Shown one piece after another: positions 10,177 through 18,623 of a DNA stretch of 64,000 bases (the stretch's first letter is position 1; every line of letters starts with the position of its first letter). This DNA is from Candidatus Poribacteria bacterium (GTDB lineage Bacteria > Poribacteria > WGA-4E > WGA-3G). The stretch covers positions 256,001 to 320,000 of the forward strand of contig CAXXLX010000001.1 in NCBI GenBank assembly GCA_963665235.2. Direction: 5' to 3'. The notes under the pieces were generated by a model. It worked only from the letters and a program-made list of their open reading frames with translations. It was not told the DNA's origin and ran no database searches. The position numbers and the translations under genes are program-made.

Positions 10177-11804
10177 TCTTCCTCTCCTTCTGGTTCAGTC
10201 TTTTTTTGTTGATATGCCAATACCGCTGCAACAAATTCTCGGAACAACGGGTGGGGCACTAGCGGTTTAGATTGGAATTCGGGGTGGAATTGTGAGCCCA
10301 CCATCCACGGATGCTCGGTGACTTCAGCGATTTCAACGAGGCTTTCATCGGGAGAAACGCCGCTGAAACAGAGTCCTGCGGATTCTAATGTGGCCCGGTA
10401 TCGGTTATTGAATTCATATCGATGCCGATGCCGTTCTACGATAATAGGTTGCTGATAGGCATCATAACTTTTGGTGTTTTCCTTGAGCACACACGGATAA
10501 AGTCCAAGGCGCATTGTGGCACCGAGGTCCGAAATTGCTCGCTGTTCAAGCATCAAATCTATGACAGGATGTGGCGTGTTCTCGTCAACCTCTGTGCTAT
10601 TTGCGTTCTCTAAACTGCCGACGTTGCGTGCGAATTCAATGACGAGGCACTGCATTCCGAGGCATAACCCTAAATACGGGATGTGGTTGTGGCGTGCATA
10701 TTGCGCAGCGACTATCATGCCCTCAATACCGCGATAACCGAACCCGCCGGGTACCAGAATTCCGCTAACATTTTGGAAAACTGCGTCTAGGTTGGGATGT
10801 TCAGTGAGCCCTTCAGCTTCTATCCATTCGATATGTACGGCTGTTTCGTTAGCGATTCCGCCATGTTTGAGAGCCTCTTGGACACTAATATAGGCATCGC
10901 TTCCGGTGGTATATTTCCCGACGATTGCAATTGTCGTGCTGTGTTTGGGATTTTTGAGTTTATTCACCATGGCTATCCACTCGGCATCCATGGTGGCGCG
11001 TCTCTCTAGTCCCAATTTTTTTGAGACGAGGTTTCCCATACCCTGCTGTTCAAAATTGAGCGGAATTTCATCAACGCAGTTGGTATCCAGGCCCTCCAAA
11101 ATATATTCTTCACTAATGCCACAGAGGAGTGAAATCTTTTTGCGAACAGTGTCATCAAGCGTTTGACTGGTGCGGCACAATAGTAAATCGGGTTGAATTC
11201 CGAGTTCTTGAAGTTTTCTGATGCTATGTTGTGTCGGTTTGCTTTTGCTTTCGCCATTGGGTAAAGTATAAATGAGCGAGACGTGAAGGAACATCGTATT
11301 TTCGCGGCCGACCTCGACAGCCATTTGTCGGATGGCCTCGACAAACGGGGGGGTTTCAAAATCACCGATGGTTCCGCCTATCTCGGTGATGACGATATCC
11401 GCGTCGTTATCTTTCCCGATTTGATAGATTCGGCGTTTGATTTCGTCGGTAACATGCGGAATGAGTTGGACTGTCTGGCCGAGGTAGTCGCCGCGCCGTT
11501 CCTTCGCAATAACTTCGCTATAGACGGAGCCTGTCGTGAAGTTAGAGTGCTGATTCAGGTCAAGTCCGAGGAAACGTTCATAGTTTCCGACATCTAGGTC
11601 GGTTTCGGCCCCGTCGTGGGTTACGAAAACTTCGCCGTGTTGAAAAGGGTTCATCACACCAGCATCAACATTGAGATAGGGGTCAATTTTGACGACCATC
11701 ACGCTGAAGCCTCTATTGATAAGCAACCTGCCCAGCGATGCGGTTGTAATGCCTTTGCCGATGCCTGAGATAACGCCCCCTGTCACAAATATATATTTTG
11801 TCAT
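10173..11804 (-). CDS. pyrG: CTP synthase
   Basis: TKYIFVTGGVISGIGKG, KIDPYLN, GLCLGMQ, QFHPEF. Confidence 0.98.
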   Translation of the reverse strand: MTKYIFVTGGVISGIGKGITTASLGRLLINRGFSVMVVKIDPYLNVDAGVMNPFQHGEVFVTHDGAETDLDVGNYERFLGLDLNQHSNFTTGSVYSEVIAKERRGDYLGQTVQLIPHVTDEIKRRIYQIGKDNDADIVITEIGGTIGDFETPPFVEAIRQMAVEVGRENTMFLHVSLIYTLPNGESKSKPTQHSIRKLQELGIQPDLLLCRTSQTLDDTVRKKISLLCGISEEYILEGLDTNCVDEIPLNFEQQGMGNLVSKKLGLERRATMDAEWIAMVNKLKNPKHSTTIAIVGKYTTGSDAYISVQEALKHGGIANETAVHIEWIEAEGLTEHPNLDAVFQNVSGILVPGGFGYRGIEGMIVAAQYARHNHIPYLGLCLGMQCLVIEFARNVGSLENANSTEVDENTPHPVIDLMLEQRAISDLGATMRLGLYPCVLKENTKSYDAYQQPIIVERHRHRYEFNNRYRATLESAGLCFSGVSPDESLVEIAEVTEHPWMVGSQFHPEFQSKPLVPHPLFREFVAAVLAYQQKKTEPEGEEE

Positions 11805-11809
11805 GTTGC

Positions 11810-12556
11810 TTAAACATCCCTCCTTTTTAAAATCTGTTTTACCCGCTCCAAATCGGCAGGCACATCAACCCCAATAAGCGGGGTGTCGGTTTCAACGACA
11901 TGAATGGGAATGCCGTGTTCCAAAAAGCGTAACTGTTCCAAGTTCTCCGCAATCTCATAAGGGGTGCGCTCCCAAGAGGTGAAGGCAAGGAGCAGCTCCT
12001 TTCGGAATGCGTATAAACCAATATGCCGATAGACAAACCCGCTTTTATTAAAGGCGTGCTGCATGTTCGGTAGTGCCCCGGGAATGGGACTTCTTGAAAA
12101 GTACAACGCATCGCCGTGAAGATTTGTAACAACTTTCACTACGTTCCTGTTAAGATAGTCCTCAATAGTGTGAATTCGTTCTTTCAAAGTGCTGACCTGG
12201 ACAAGTGGTCTTTCCACGAAGGGTTGAATCATCATATCGAGCTGTTTAGGTTCAAGGAGCGGTTCATCGCCTTGAATGTCAACGACAATATCACACGTTA
12301 GTTGTTCAGCGACGACTGCCACGCGGTCGGTGCCGGTAGCGCATTCACCGGTCATCTGTACGTTCCCGCCGAAGCCTTTAACGGTATCGTAAATCCGCTG
12401 GTCATCTGTCGCGACGATAACTTGACTGAGCATTTTTGCGCGACAGGCCCGTTCGTAGACGTGCTGTATCATCGGTTTCCCCAGAATATCTGCTAACGGT
12501 TTCCCTTCAAATCGGGTTGAGGCGTAGCGGGCGGGAATAATTCCTACACTTTTCAC
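11810..12556 (-). CDS. kdsB: 3-deoxy-manno-octulosonate cytidylyltransferase
   Basis: IIPARYASTRFEGKPL, IQGDEP, LEQLR, GVDVPADL; likely GTG start at 12556 overlapping the upstream stop. Confidence 0.95.
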   Translation of the reverse strand: MKSVGIIPARYASTRFEGKPLADILGKPMIQHVYERACRAKMLSQVIVATDDQRIYDTVKGFGGNVQMTGECATGTDRVAVVAEQLTCDIVVDIQGDEPLLEPKQLDMMIQPFVERPLVQVSTLKERIHTIEDYLNRNVVKVVTNLHGDALYFSRSPIPGALPNMQHAFNKSGFVYRHIGLYAFRKELLLAFTSWERTPYEIAENLEQLRFLEHGIPIHVVETDTPLIGVDVPADLERVKQILKRRDV

Positions 12557-14340
12557 ATGCTCTCTCTCTTTTGACGCGGTAAATTTTGATACATTATTAC
12601 CCCTGATAGGACTGAAATGGATACAAAAATAAGTCCGGTCCCGGTAAAGCCTAACAGTAATTTTCCGATGCCGAATAAGGTGGCATAGATGAAGATTACG
12701 CCAATTATCCAATTGAGCAGGGCAGGCAGCTTAGAATCTGTTTGCGAAACCTCTTCGCTCATCTCAGCTTGTGTGTCTATCTCTTTTGTAATCAGTGTCC
12801 ATCCCCTTTTACTCGGCTTAACCCGATTGTAGAAGGCAATCAGTGTTTCTGTTGAAACAGGCGCGGTCAAAAATGTAACGAGCACCCAAACGAACGTAGA
12901 ACTTGGGACAATAATCAGCATTTGAAGGGCAAATTCATTTTTCGTTTCAGGATGTATAAACACAACGATAGAAACAATTAGGGCTGCGAGCATTGCGGAA
13001 ATTTCGGACCAGGCGTTGATACGCCACCAGTACCACCGTAAGATTTGTACGAGCCCGATGCCAGCGTTTAAGGCGATGAGAAATTTCCACGCGCCTGCAA
13101 TGGAATCCATGAAGAGACTTGTCCCGCCTGCGATTATCATGATGAGCACTACGGCAAAACGCGAGGCGGTGACGTAATGCTCAGGGGCCGCTTCAGGTTT
13201 AAAGAAACGTTTATAAAAATCGTTGATGAGATAGGACGCACCCCAATTCAGATGTGTGTCAATCGTTGACATAAACGCTGCTAAAAACGCTGTGAGCATC
13301 AGACCGAGCAGCCCTACAGGCAGATAGTCAAGCATTAGCATTGCGTATCCCGCTTCCGCATCGTGTAAGGCAGGATTCACATGCTCAGGGTTGCCGAGCC
13401 CGGGGTAAACGACCATTGCAACAAGGGCAACGAGTATCCACGGCCACGGGCGGAGTGTGTAATGTGCAATGTTGAACCATAACGTAGCTAATAGCGTATG
13501 CCGTTCATTCTTCGCTGCGAACATGCGTTGTGCAATGTAGCCGCTGCCATCCACGCCGTTCGATGCCCACCACTGCATTCCGAGATAGACCCCAAAGGTT
13601 AAAATAGCCATCTTTCCTGCACTGAAGTCGGGTGCGAAATTCAGAATAGCGTGCTCGGCACCGTATATCCCGGTCAATTGCTCTTTCAGTGCCCCAATAC
13701 CGCCTATATTGTTCACAGCAATGATTGCTAATGCAATTGAGCCTATCATCGCCATGCCGAATTGGACGATGTCTGTCATGACAACCCCCCAAAACCCGGA
13801 CAACGCACAGTAAATGCCAGCAATTAACATGCATCCCAACACAACGAAAATCTTTGTATTCGCAGTATCCGGTAAGTCAAAAGCCAGTACCACAATTTTC
13901 TGCATTGCAAGGATAACCCATCCCATTGTAATGCAGTTAATCGGTAGACCAATGTAAAGGGCGCGGAAACCGCGCAGAAAACTTGCAGAGGGGCCGGAGT
14001 AGCGGAGCTCGGTAAATTCAACATCGGTGATAATTTCGGAGCGTCGCCAGAGACGTGAAAATAGGAAGGTCGCCAGCATTCCGCTCAATACCATGTTCCA
14101 CCAAAGCCAATTCCCCGCGATACCGTCATTTACAACGAGCCCTGTGACTGCTAAGGGTGTATCTGCTGCGAAGGTTGTGGCTACCATAGAGGTGCCTGCT
14201 AACCACCACGGCAAATTGCGTCCAGAGACGAAAAATTCGTTGATATTTCGCCCGGCACGCTTGGAAAAATAGATGCCCAGCCCAAGCGCGAAAAGGATAT
14301 AACCGATAATAATTGCCCAATCAATAGGTGAAATCTTCAT
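12553..14340 (-). CDS. Sodium:solute symporter family protein
   Basis: GRNLPWWLAGTSMVATTFAADTP, AQRMFAAK, AAFMSTIDT; many TM helices. Confidence 0.92.
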   Translation of the reverse strand: MKISPIDWAIIIGYILFALGLGIYFSKRAGRNINEFFVSGRNLPWWLAGTSMVATTFAADTPLAVTGLVVNDGIAGNWLWWNMVLSGMLATFLFSRLWRRSEIITDVEFTELRYSGPSASFLRGFRALYIGLPINCITMGWVILAMQKIVVLAFDLPDTANTKIFVVLGCMLIAGIYCALSGFWGVVMTDIVQFGMAMIGSIALAIIAVNNIGGIGALKEQLTGIYGAEHAILNFAPDFSAGKMAILTFGVYLGMQWWASNGVDGSGYIAQRMFAAKNERHTLLATLWFNIAHYTLRPWPWILVALVAMVVYPGLGNPEHVNPALHDAEAGYAMLMLDYLPVGLLGLMLTAFLAAFMSTIDTHLNWGASYLINDFYKRFFKPEAAPEHYVTASRFAVVLIMIIAGGTSLFMDSIAGAWKFLIALNAGIGLVQILRWYWWRINAWSEISAMLAALIVSIVVFIHPETKNEFALQMLIIVPSSTFVWVLVTFLTAPVSTETLIAFYNRVKPSKRGWTLITKEIDTQAEMSEEVSQTDSKLPALLNWIIGVIFIYATLFGIGKLLLGFTGTGLIFVSISVLSGVIMYQNLPRQKRESM

Positions 14341-14507
14341 AATTCTTTCTCCAAAATCACTATTTTATTTTACCGTAAAACACCGTTTAAATCAAGAAAA
14401 AAATTCGCTATGGCGTAAAAATATTTACACACCCGTTTTTTCTTGTTTTCTTTTCCAAATCATGGTATTATTAAAGCTAAAGTAAAAAAATAAAAGGAGA
14501 TTTCAAA

Positions 14508-15317
14508 ATGAAACGGACTTTCATAATATTCGTGTGCGTACTTTTGGCATATCAACTGGGCGGTGTCTCTGCCGATGTCCTCGATCCGGATCTGGTGCTT
14601 TATTTCGATTATGAGGAGTTTAAGGGCAATACTGTCATAGAGAAATCTGGGCGCGGTTACGATGGTGAAATCACCGGTAAAGTGACACAGTCTGACGATG
14701 GTAAGTTTGGCAAGGCAGGACATTTCACCTCCGGCAGCTTCCTCGATTTAGACGGGCCCAACGTTAACCCAGAAGATATTCCGACCGAGGGGATGAGCAT
14801 TTTAGCGTGGATTAACGTTGATGCTGTCACAGATATGGCGATTTTCAATGCACGCGCACAAGATGGGACGTGGCTTGTACATCCGGAGGCGCGAGGAGAC
14901 GGCAATTATCGTTGGCTCAATCGTGGGCATAATCCAGGGAAAACGCTATTCGATATCAAGGCTGGCACAAACAAGGCAAAGGAATGGGTGCATTACGCTG
15001 GTACGTTCAGCCGTAAAGAGGGAATAGCTTATCTCTATATCAACGGTATCAAAGTCGGTGAAGAAAAAGCACGCCTCCCTGATCCGATTGCAGGCGATTG
15101 GGGTCAAGGAGCACGTGTCGGTTACAACATCGACAATAAGCGTCCGTTCGCTGGGCTCATGGATGACCTGACCGTCTGGAAACGTGGGCTAACACAAGAT
15201 GAAGTGACGGAAATCATGAATAATAGCATGAAGTCATACCTCAGTGTAGAAGCGCGCGGCAAGCTAACAACTACGTGGGGAAGACTAAAAACCTCACACT
15301 ATGTCATTGGCAATTAG
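14508..15317 (+). CDS. Secreted LamG-like jellyroll protein with C-terminal KLTTTWGRLK tag
   Basis: Signal peptide; LVLYFDYE, WVHYAGTF, LYING, FAGLMDDL. Confidence 0.85.
   Translation: MKRTFIIFVCVLLAYQLGGVSADVLDPDLVLYFDYEEFKGNTVIEKSGRGYDGEITGKVTQSDDGKFGKAGHFTSGSFLDLDGPNVNPEDIPTEGMSILAWINVDAVTDMAIFNARAQDGTWLVHPEARGDGNYRWLNRGHNPGKTLFDIKAGTNKAKEWVHYAGTFSRKEGIAYLYINGIKVGEEKARLPDPIAGDWGQGARVGYNIDNKRPFAGLMDDLTVWKRGLTQDEVTEIMNNSMKSYLSVEARGKLTTTWGRLKTSHYVIGN
15287..15301 (+). repeat. 15-bp direct repeat, left copy (AAAAACCTCACACTA)
   Basis: Exact second copy at 17311-17325. Confidence 0.8.
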
Positions 15318-15422
15318 CAATTGGCGATTGGCAATTAGCAAGAGAAAAGAGAAGAATCAGAAAGAAAAGAGAAGAAAGAGAAGATTCTCTTATATTTCTG
15401 GTTTCCATAAGCCAACAGTCAA
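15305..15422. repeat. Heptamer-armed intergenic element (core type 1); supplies the LamG stop codon
   Basis: GCAATTA/GCAATTG heptamers, TAGCAAGAG, purine tract, CTCTTATATTTCT, GGTTTCCA, AGCCAACAGTC. Confidence 0.7.
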
Positions 15423-15431
15423 ATAAAAGGG

Positions 15432-15492
15432 AGACCTAGCGGGCGAGGAGACCTCGCCCCTACGATAATCCTGCTAAATTTGCGTAAATCCT
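15432..15492 (-). repeat. GTAG-type REP-like hairpin element
   Basis: Reverse-complement copy of 21372-21433; hairpin GGGCGAGG-AGA-CCTCGCCC next to CTAC. Confidence 0.75.
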
Positions 15493-15551
15493 GTTTTCAT
15501 AACGGTGGTACGGCTAGCGTGCTGTACCACCTTCTCAAATCTTCCGAGGCG

Positions 15552-16421
15552 TTACCCTTCGAAGCGGGCATGGGCCGTTACGTGGAACGGTAAGAAGAAC
15601 GGCCGTTTTGATACGCTAACCTCTTGCCGAATCCGCGAGGCTAACGTCTCCACGTCAACCTGTTCCGCTGTTGCAATGTCGTACTTTTCAAGGAGTGGCA
15701 GAAGGCTCTGAAAAATAGTCGCCATGTATCGGTATCCTGCCCAGGTTTCCGCTGCGCCGATGGGGACCTGCAGCTGCATTTCGGGTGGTGATAGACCTGC
15801 CTTGACAAAAGTTCGATAAAGCCCGATGCCCATGTTTAGGTGTGCGTCTGAATGTGCTGAATGTGCAAACACGTCCAAAATCCACGCTCGGAGTTGGTTC
15901 ATAAGCGGTGTATCGGGATGCGCGAACGCAGGATAGAGGGTGTACTCCGGCTCCTGAAATGCGGCGATGCCTCCAGGTCGCAGATGTGTTAGCAGTTTTT
16001 TGAGTGCGTCGACCGGGTCCGCCATATACATTAGCACAAACCTCCCGACGATAGCGTCAAAATCGTGAGAAAAGGTGAGGGTTCGGGCATCCGCTGCGAT
16101 AAATTCTATGTTTGTTATGCCAGCGTCCCTTATGCGTGTGCATGCGGTTTCAAGGATTTCCGCGTTGACATCTACCCCGACGATATATCCTTCCTGTCCG
16201 ACAAATTCCGCCAGTGTAAGTGCAACATCTCCCGCACCGCTGCCGATTTCCAAGACCCGCATCCCGGTCGTTATACCGGCACGTTTGAAAAGATATCGCG
16301 TTGACTCACCATAGATTCTGGATTGCTCAATGAGGCGCGTTGTTTCGTGTGAGGTTCGCCCTAAAGTATAGGTAGCATCACGATTTGGTGTGTCCAAGCT
16401 CGTAGTGTGATTTTCAGCCAT
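15552..16421 (-). CDS. Class I SAM-dependent methyltransferase
   Basis: VLEIGSGAGD, VGVD, FDAIVGR, LRPGG. Confidence 0.9.
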   Translation of the reverse strand: MAENHTTSLDTPNRDATYTLGRTSHETTRLIEQSRIYGESTRYLFKRAGITTGMRVLEIGSGAGDVALTLAEFVGQEGYIVGVDVNAEILETACTRIRDAGITNIEFIAADARTLTFSHDFDAIVGRFVLMYMADPVDALKKLLTHLRPGGIAAFQEPEYTLYPAFAHPDTPLMNQLRAWILDVFAHSAHSDAHLNMGIGLYRTFVKAGLSPPEMQLQVPIGAAETWAGYRYMATIFQSLLPLLEKYDIATAEQVDVETLASRIRQEVSVSKRPFFLPFHVTAHARFEG

Positions 16422-16434
16422 GCGTCGAGCCTTT

Positions 16435-17271
16435 TTAAGTGGAAATCGATGCGTAGGCTGTGATATGGGGTGGCAAGATAAGGGGTCGTTTCGAGGCGAC
16501 GACTTCTGCCCGGAGTCGTTGTGGTAATGTATCTATATCAACTTCTTCGATTGTCGCAATTCCGTAAGTTTCCATTAATGGCAGGATACTCCGAAAACTG
16601 TTGGCAAGATATTCGTAACCTGGCCATTCCGCGGGCCCGCCCATCGGTGCTTCAAAATTTAAGGTGGGTTCAGGTAGCCCGGCCTCAACGAAAGTCCGGT
16701 AAAGTTCCATTCCCATGCTGATGTGCGCCCCGGAACGTTCAAATGTGCCAACACCCCACTTAATCAAGTTGTTTAGGACAGGCGTATCCGGATGCTCTGA
16801 GCCGGTGTAGAGTGAAAAATCGATATCTTGAAAAGCGACAATTCCGCCTGGGCGAAGGTGGCCAGACAATTTTTTGAGTGCCTCCACTGGGTCCGCCATA
16901 TACAACAGGACGAGTCTCCCAACAACGGCATCAAAGTCGTTATCAAGTTCCAGGGTGCGTGCGTCTCCAGCAATAAAGTCGACGTTTTTGACCCCGATTC
17001 CGTTTGCCCGGTCGCGTGCTGTTTCAAGAATCTCTGGGTTGACATCTACGCCGACAACAGTGCCCGCCTCCCCGACAAATTCCGCCAGTGTAAGGACTAC
17101 GTCCCCCGCACCGCTGCCGATATCCAGGACTTTCATGCCTTCTGCTATACCGCACCGGAGAAAAAACCGACGCGTCACATCATCGTAGAGCAGTGATTGT
17201 TCAATCAGCCGTTCCGTTTCAGTTTGGCTTCTGCCCATCGTATATTCAGCATCTCTGCTTTGATTGCTCAT
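16435..17271 (-). CDS. Class I SAM-dependent methyltransferase (tandem paralog)
   Basis: VLDIGSGAGD, FDAVVGR, LRPGG; collinear with 15552-16421. Confidence 0.9.
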   Translation of the reverse strand: MSNQSRDAEYTMGRSQTETERLIEQSLLYDDVTRRFFLRCGIAEGMKVLDIGSGAGDVVLTLAEFVGEAGTVVGVDVNPEILETARDRANGIGVKNVDFIAGDARTLELDNDFDAVVGRLVLLYMADPVEALKKLSGHLRPGGIVAFQDIDFSLYTGSEHPDTPVLNNLIKWGVGTFERSGAHISMGMELYRTFVEAGLPEPTLNFEAPMGGPAEWPGYEYLANSFRSILPLMETYGIATIEEVDIDTLPQRLRAEVVASKRPLILPPHITAYASIST

Positions 17272-17310
17272 GTTAACTTCCTTTCTTTCTTTTAAAAATT
17301 TGCAAGGTAC

Positions 17311-17325
17311 AAAAACCTCACACTA
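17311..17325 (+). repeat. 15-bp direct repeat, right copy (AAAAACCTCACACTA)
   Basis: Exact match to 15287-15301. Confidence 0.8.
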
Positions 17326-17365
17326 CAAAATTTTAACGTTTTGATATATACAATATCTTAACAGA

Positions 17366-18556
17366 TTAGGGTGCAATGAATTGATAAAATTGAATTTTTC
17401 CATCTTTGACCGTGTTAATGACCAAGCTCTTGATTGCATGCCGATTTTCGTTGAAATGGGATAGTCCAGTAGCCCCCATGTAGTTCTGTGTTGCTTCAAT
17501 TTGGTCTCGAATTGCATCGGGTGTTAAATTAGTTGTTCTACGCATGGCTTCAATAACAATGGTGGCAGAATCATATCCGAGTGCAGCGGGACCATCAGGT
17601 GGCATGTCAAATCGCTCTGTATAGGCCTTAACAAATTGAATACCCGCTTCGCTTAATTGGCCATCGGCTGAAAAGTGATTTGCAAAGAAGCTGCCTTCAA
17701 GTGCCTCCCCGCCGATTTCGACCAAATCCGGGCGATCCCATCCGTCACCGCCGAGGAAGGTTGCGGTAATGTTAAATTCGGCAGACTTTGCCTGTTTCAC
17801 CGCCAGCGGAAATTCGGAACCCAAGCCTGCTAAAAAGATAACGTCTACAGCAGGTTCAATTGCAGCAATTTCCATTAACTGCTCAGTGAAATCAGTGGTG
17901 CCAGTGTCGTAAAATTGATGTGTCGTAATCGTGCCCCCTCGTGCCGTAAAATCTTCAATGAAAGCGTTCGAGAGTCCTTCCGAATAGGTATCGCCTATTT
18001 CTGTGAGGATTGCAGCTGTTATCACATCCAATTCCTGCCTAGCGAAATCAACCATTACACCTGCCTGATAAGGGTCGGTGTAAGCTCCCATGAACGAAAA
18101 ATTTCCATTTTGGGAAACCTTCGGGTTAGTCGGATAGGTTGTCACCATCGGGATGCCATATTGTTGTGCAACTGCGCCTACCTCCACGGCCTCTTCATCG
18201 TAGTCGGGCCCTATAATTGCCAGCACACCTGCAGCGATCAGTTCTTTGGCGTGCTGTGCACTGCGTAAAGGCTCTCTGTTATCTTCCCGAACGAGAAGTT
18301 CTAGCGGTATCCCGTTGATTCCGCCTGCTTCATTCGCAAGTGCAACCGCTAACTCAGCACCGTTCCGGGTTGTTCCGGGGTCAGGCGGACTGTAGATGAA
18401 ACCGAGCTTGATTGTTGTTGGCAAATCATCTTGGGGAATAGTCCGTTGAATTCGCTCGCAGCCTGAAAGGAAAACACCTATCCAAAAGAGTGAGAAAATA
18501 GAAACAAAAATTGTGATAATTCTAAACACTGTTGTGTTTTGTGAGAAGAACATCAA
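17366..18556 (-). CDS. LivJ/LivK-type ABC substrate-binding lipoprotein (no permease or ATPase adjacent)
   Basis: Lipobox LSGC; ANEAGGING, FLGGDGWD, AALGYD. Confidence 0.88.
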   Translation of the reverse strand: MMFFSQNTTVFRIITIFVSIFSLFWIGVFLSGCERIQRTIPQDDLPTTIKLGFIYSPPDPGTTRNGAELAVALANEAGGINGIPLELLVREDNREPLRSAQHAKELIAAGVLAIIGPDYDEEAVEVGAVAQQYGIPMVTTYPTNPKVSQNGNFSFMGAYTDPYQAGVMVDFARQELDVITAAILTEIGDTYSEGLSNAFIEDFTARGGTITTHQFYDTGTTDFTEQLMEIAAIEPAVDVIFLAGLGSEFPLAVKQAKSAEFNITATFLGGDGWDRPDLVEIGGEALEGSFFANHFSADGQLSEAGIQFVKAYTERFDMPPDGPAALGYDSATIVIEAMRRTTNLTPDAIRDQIEATQNYMGATGLSHFNENRHAIKSLVINTVKDGKIQFYQFIAP

Positions 18557-18578
18557 GGCTCCTTCGGGTTGATTGACT

Positions 18579-18617
18579 TTATGTTAGGGAGCAGTTTAGA
18601 ACGGCTCCCTAACATAA
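18579..18617. terminator. Hairpin, probable terminator after TonB-dependent receptor
   Basis: TTATGTTAGGGAGC / GCTCCCTAACATAA 14-bp stem. Confidence 0.7.
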
Positions 18618-18623
18618 GGAACG

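Noticed and set aside
12557-12712. N-terminal extension of kdsB in the ORF track
   Set aside because: Overlaps the SSS gene; KdsB homology starts at GTG 12556.
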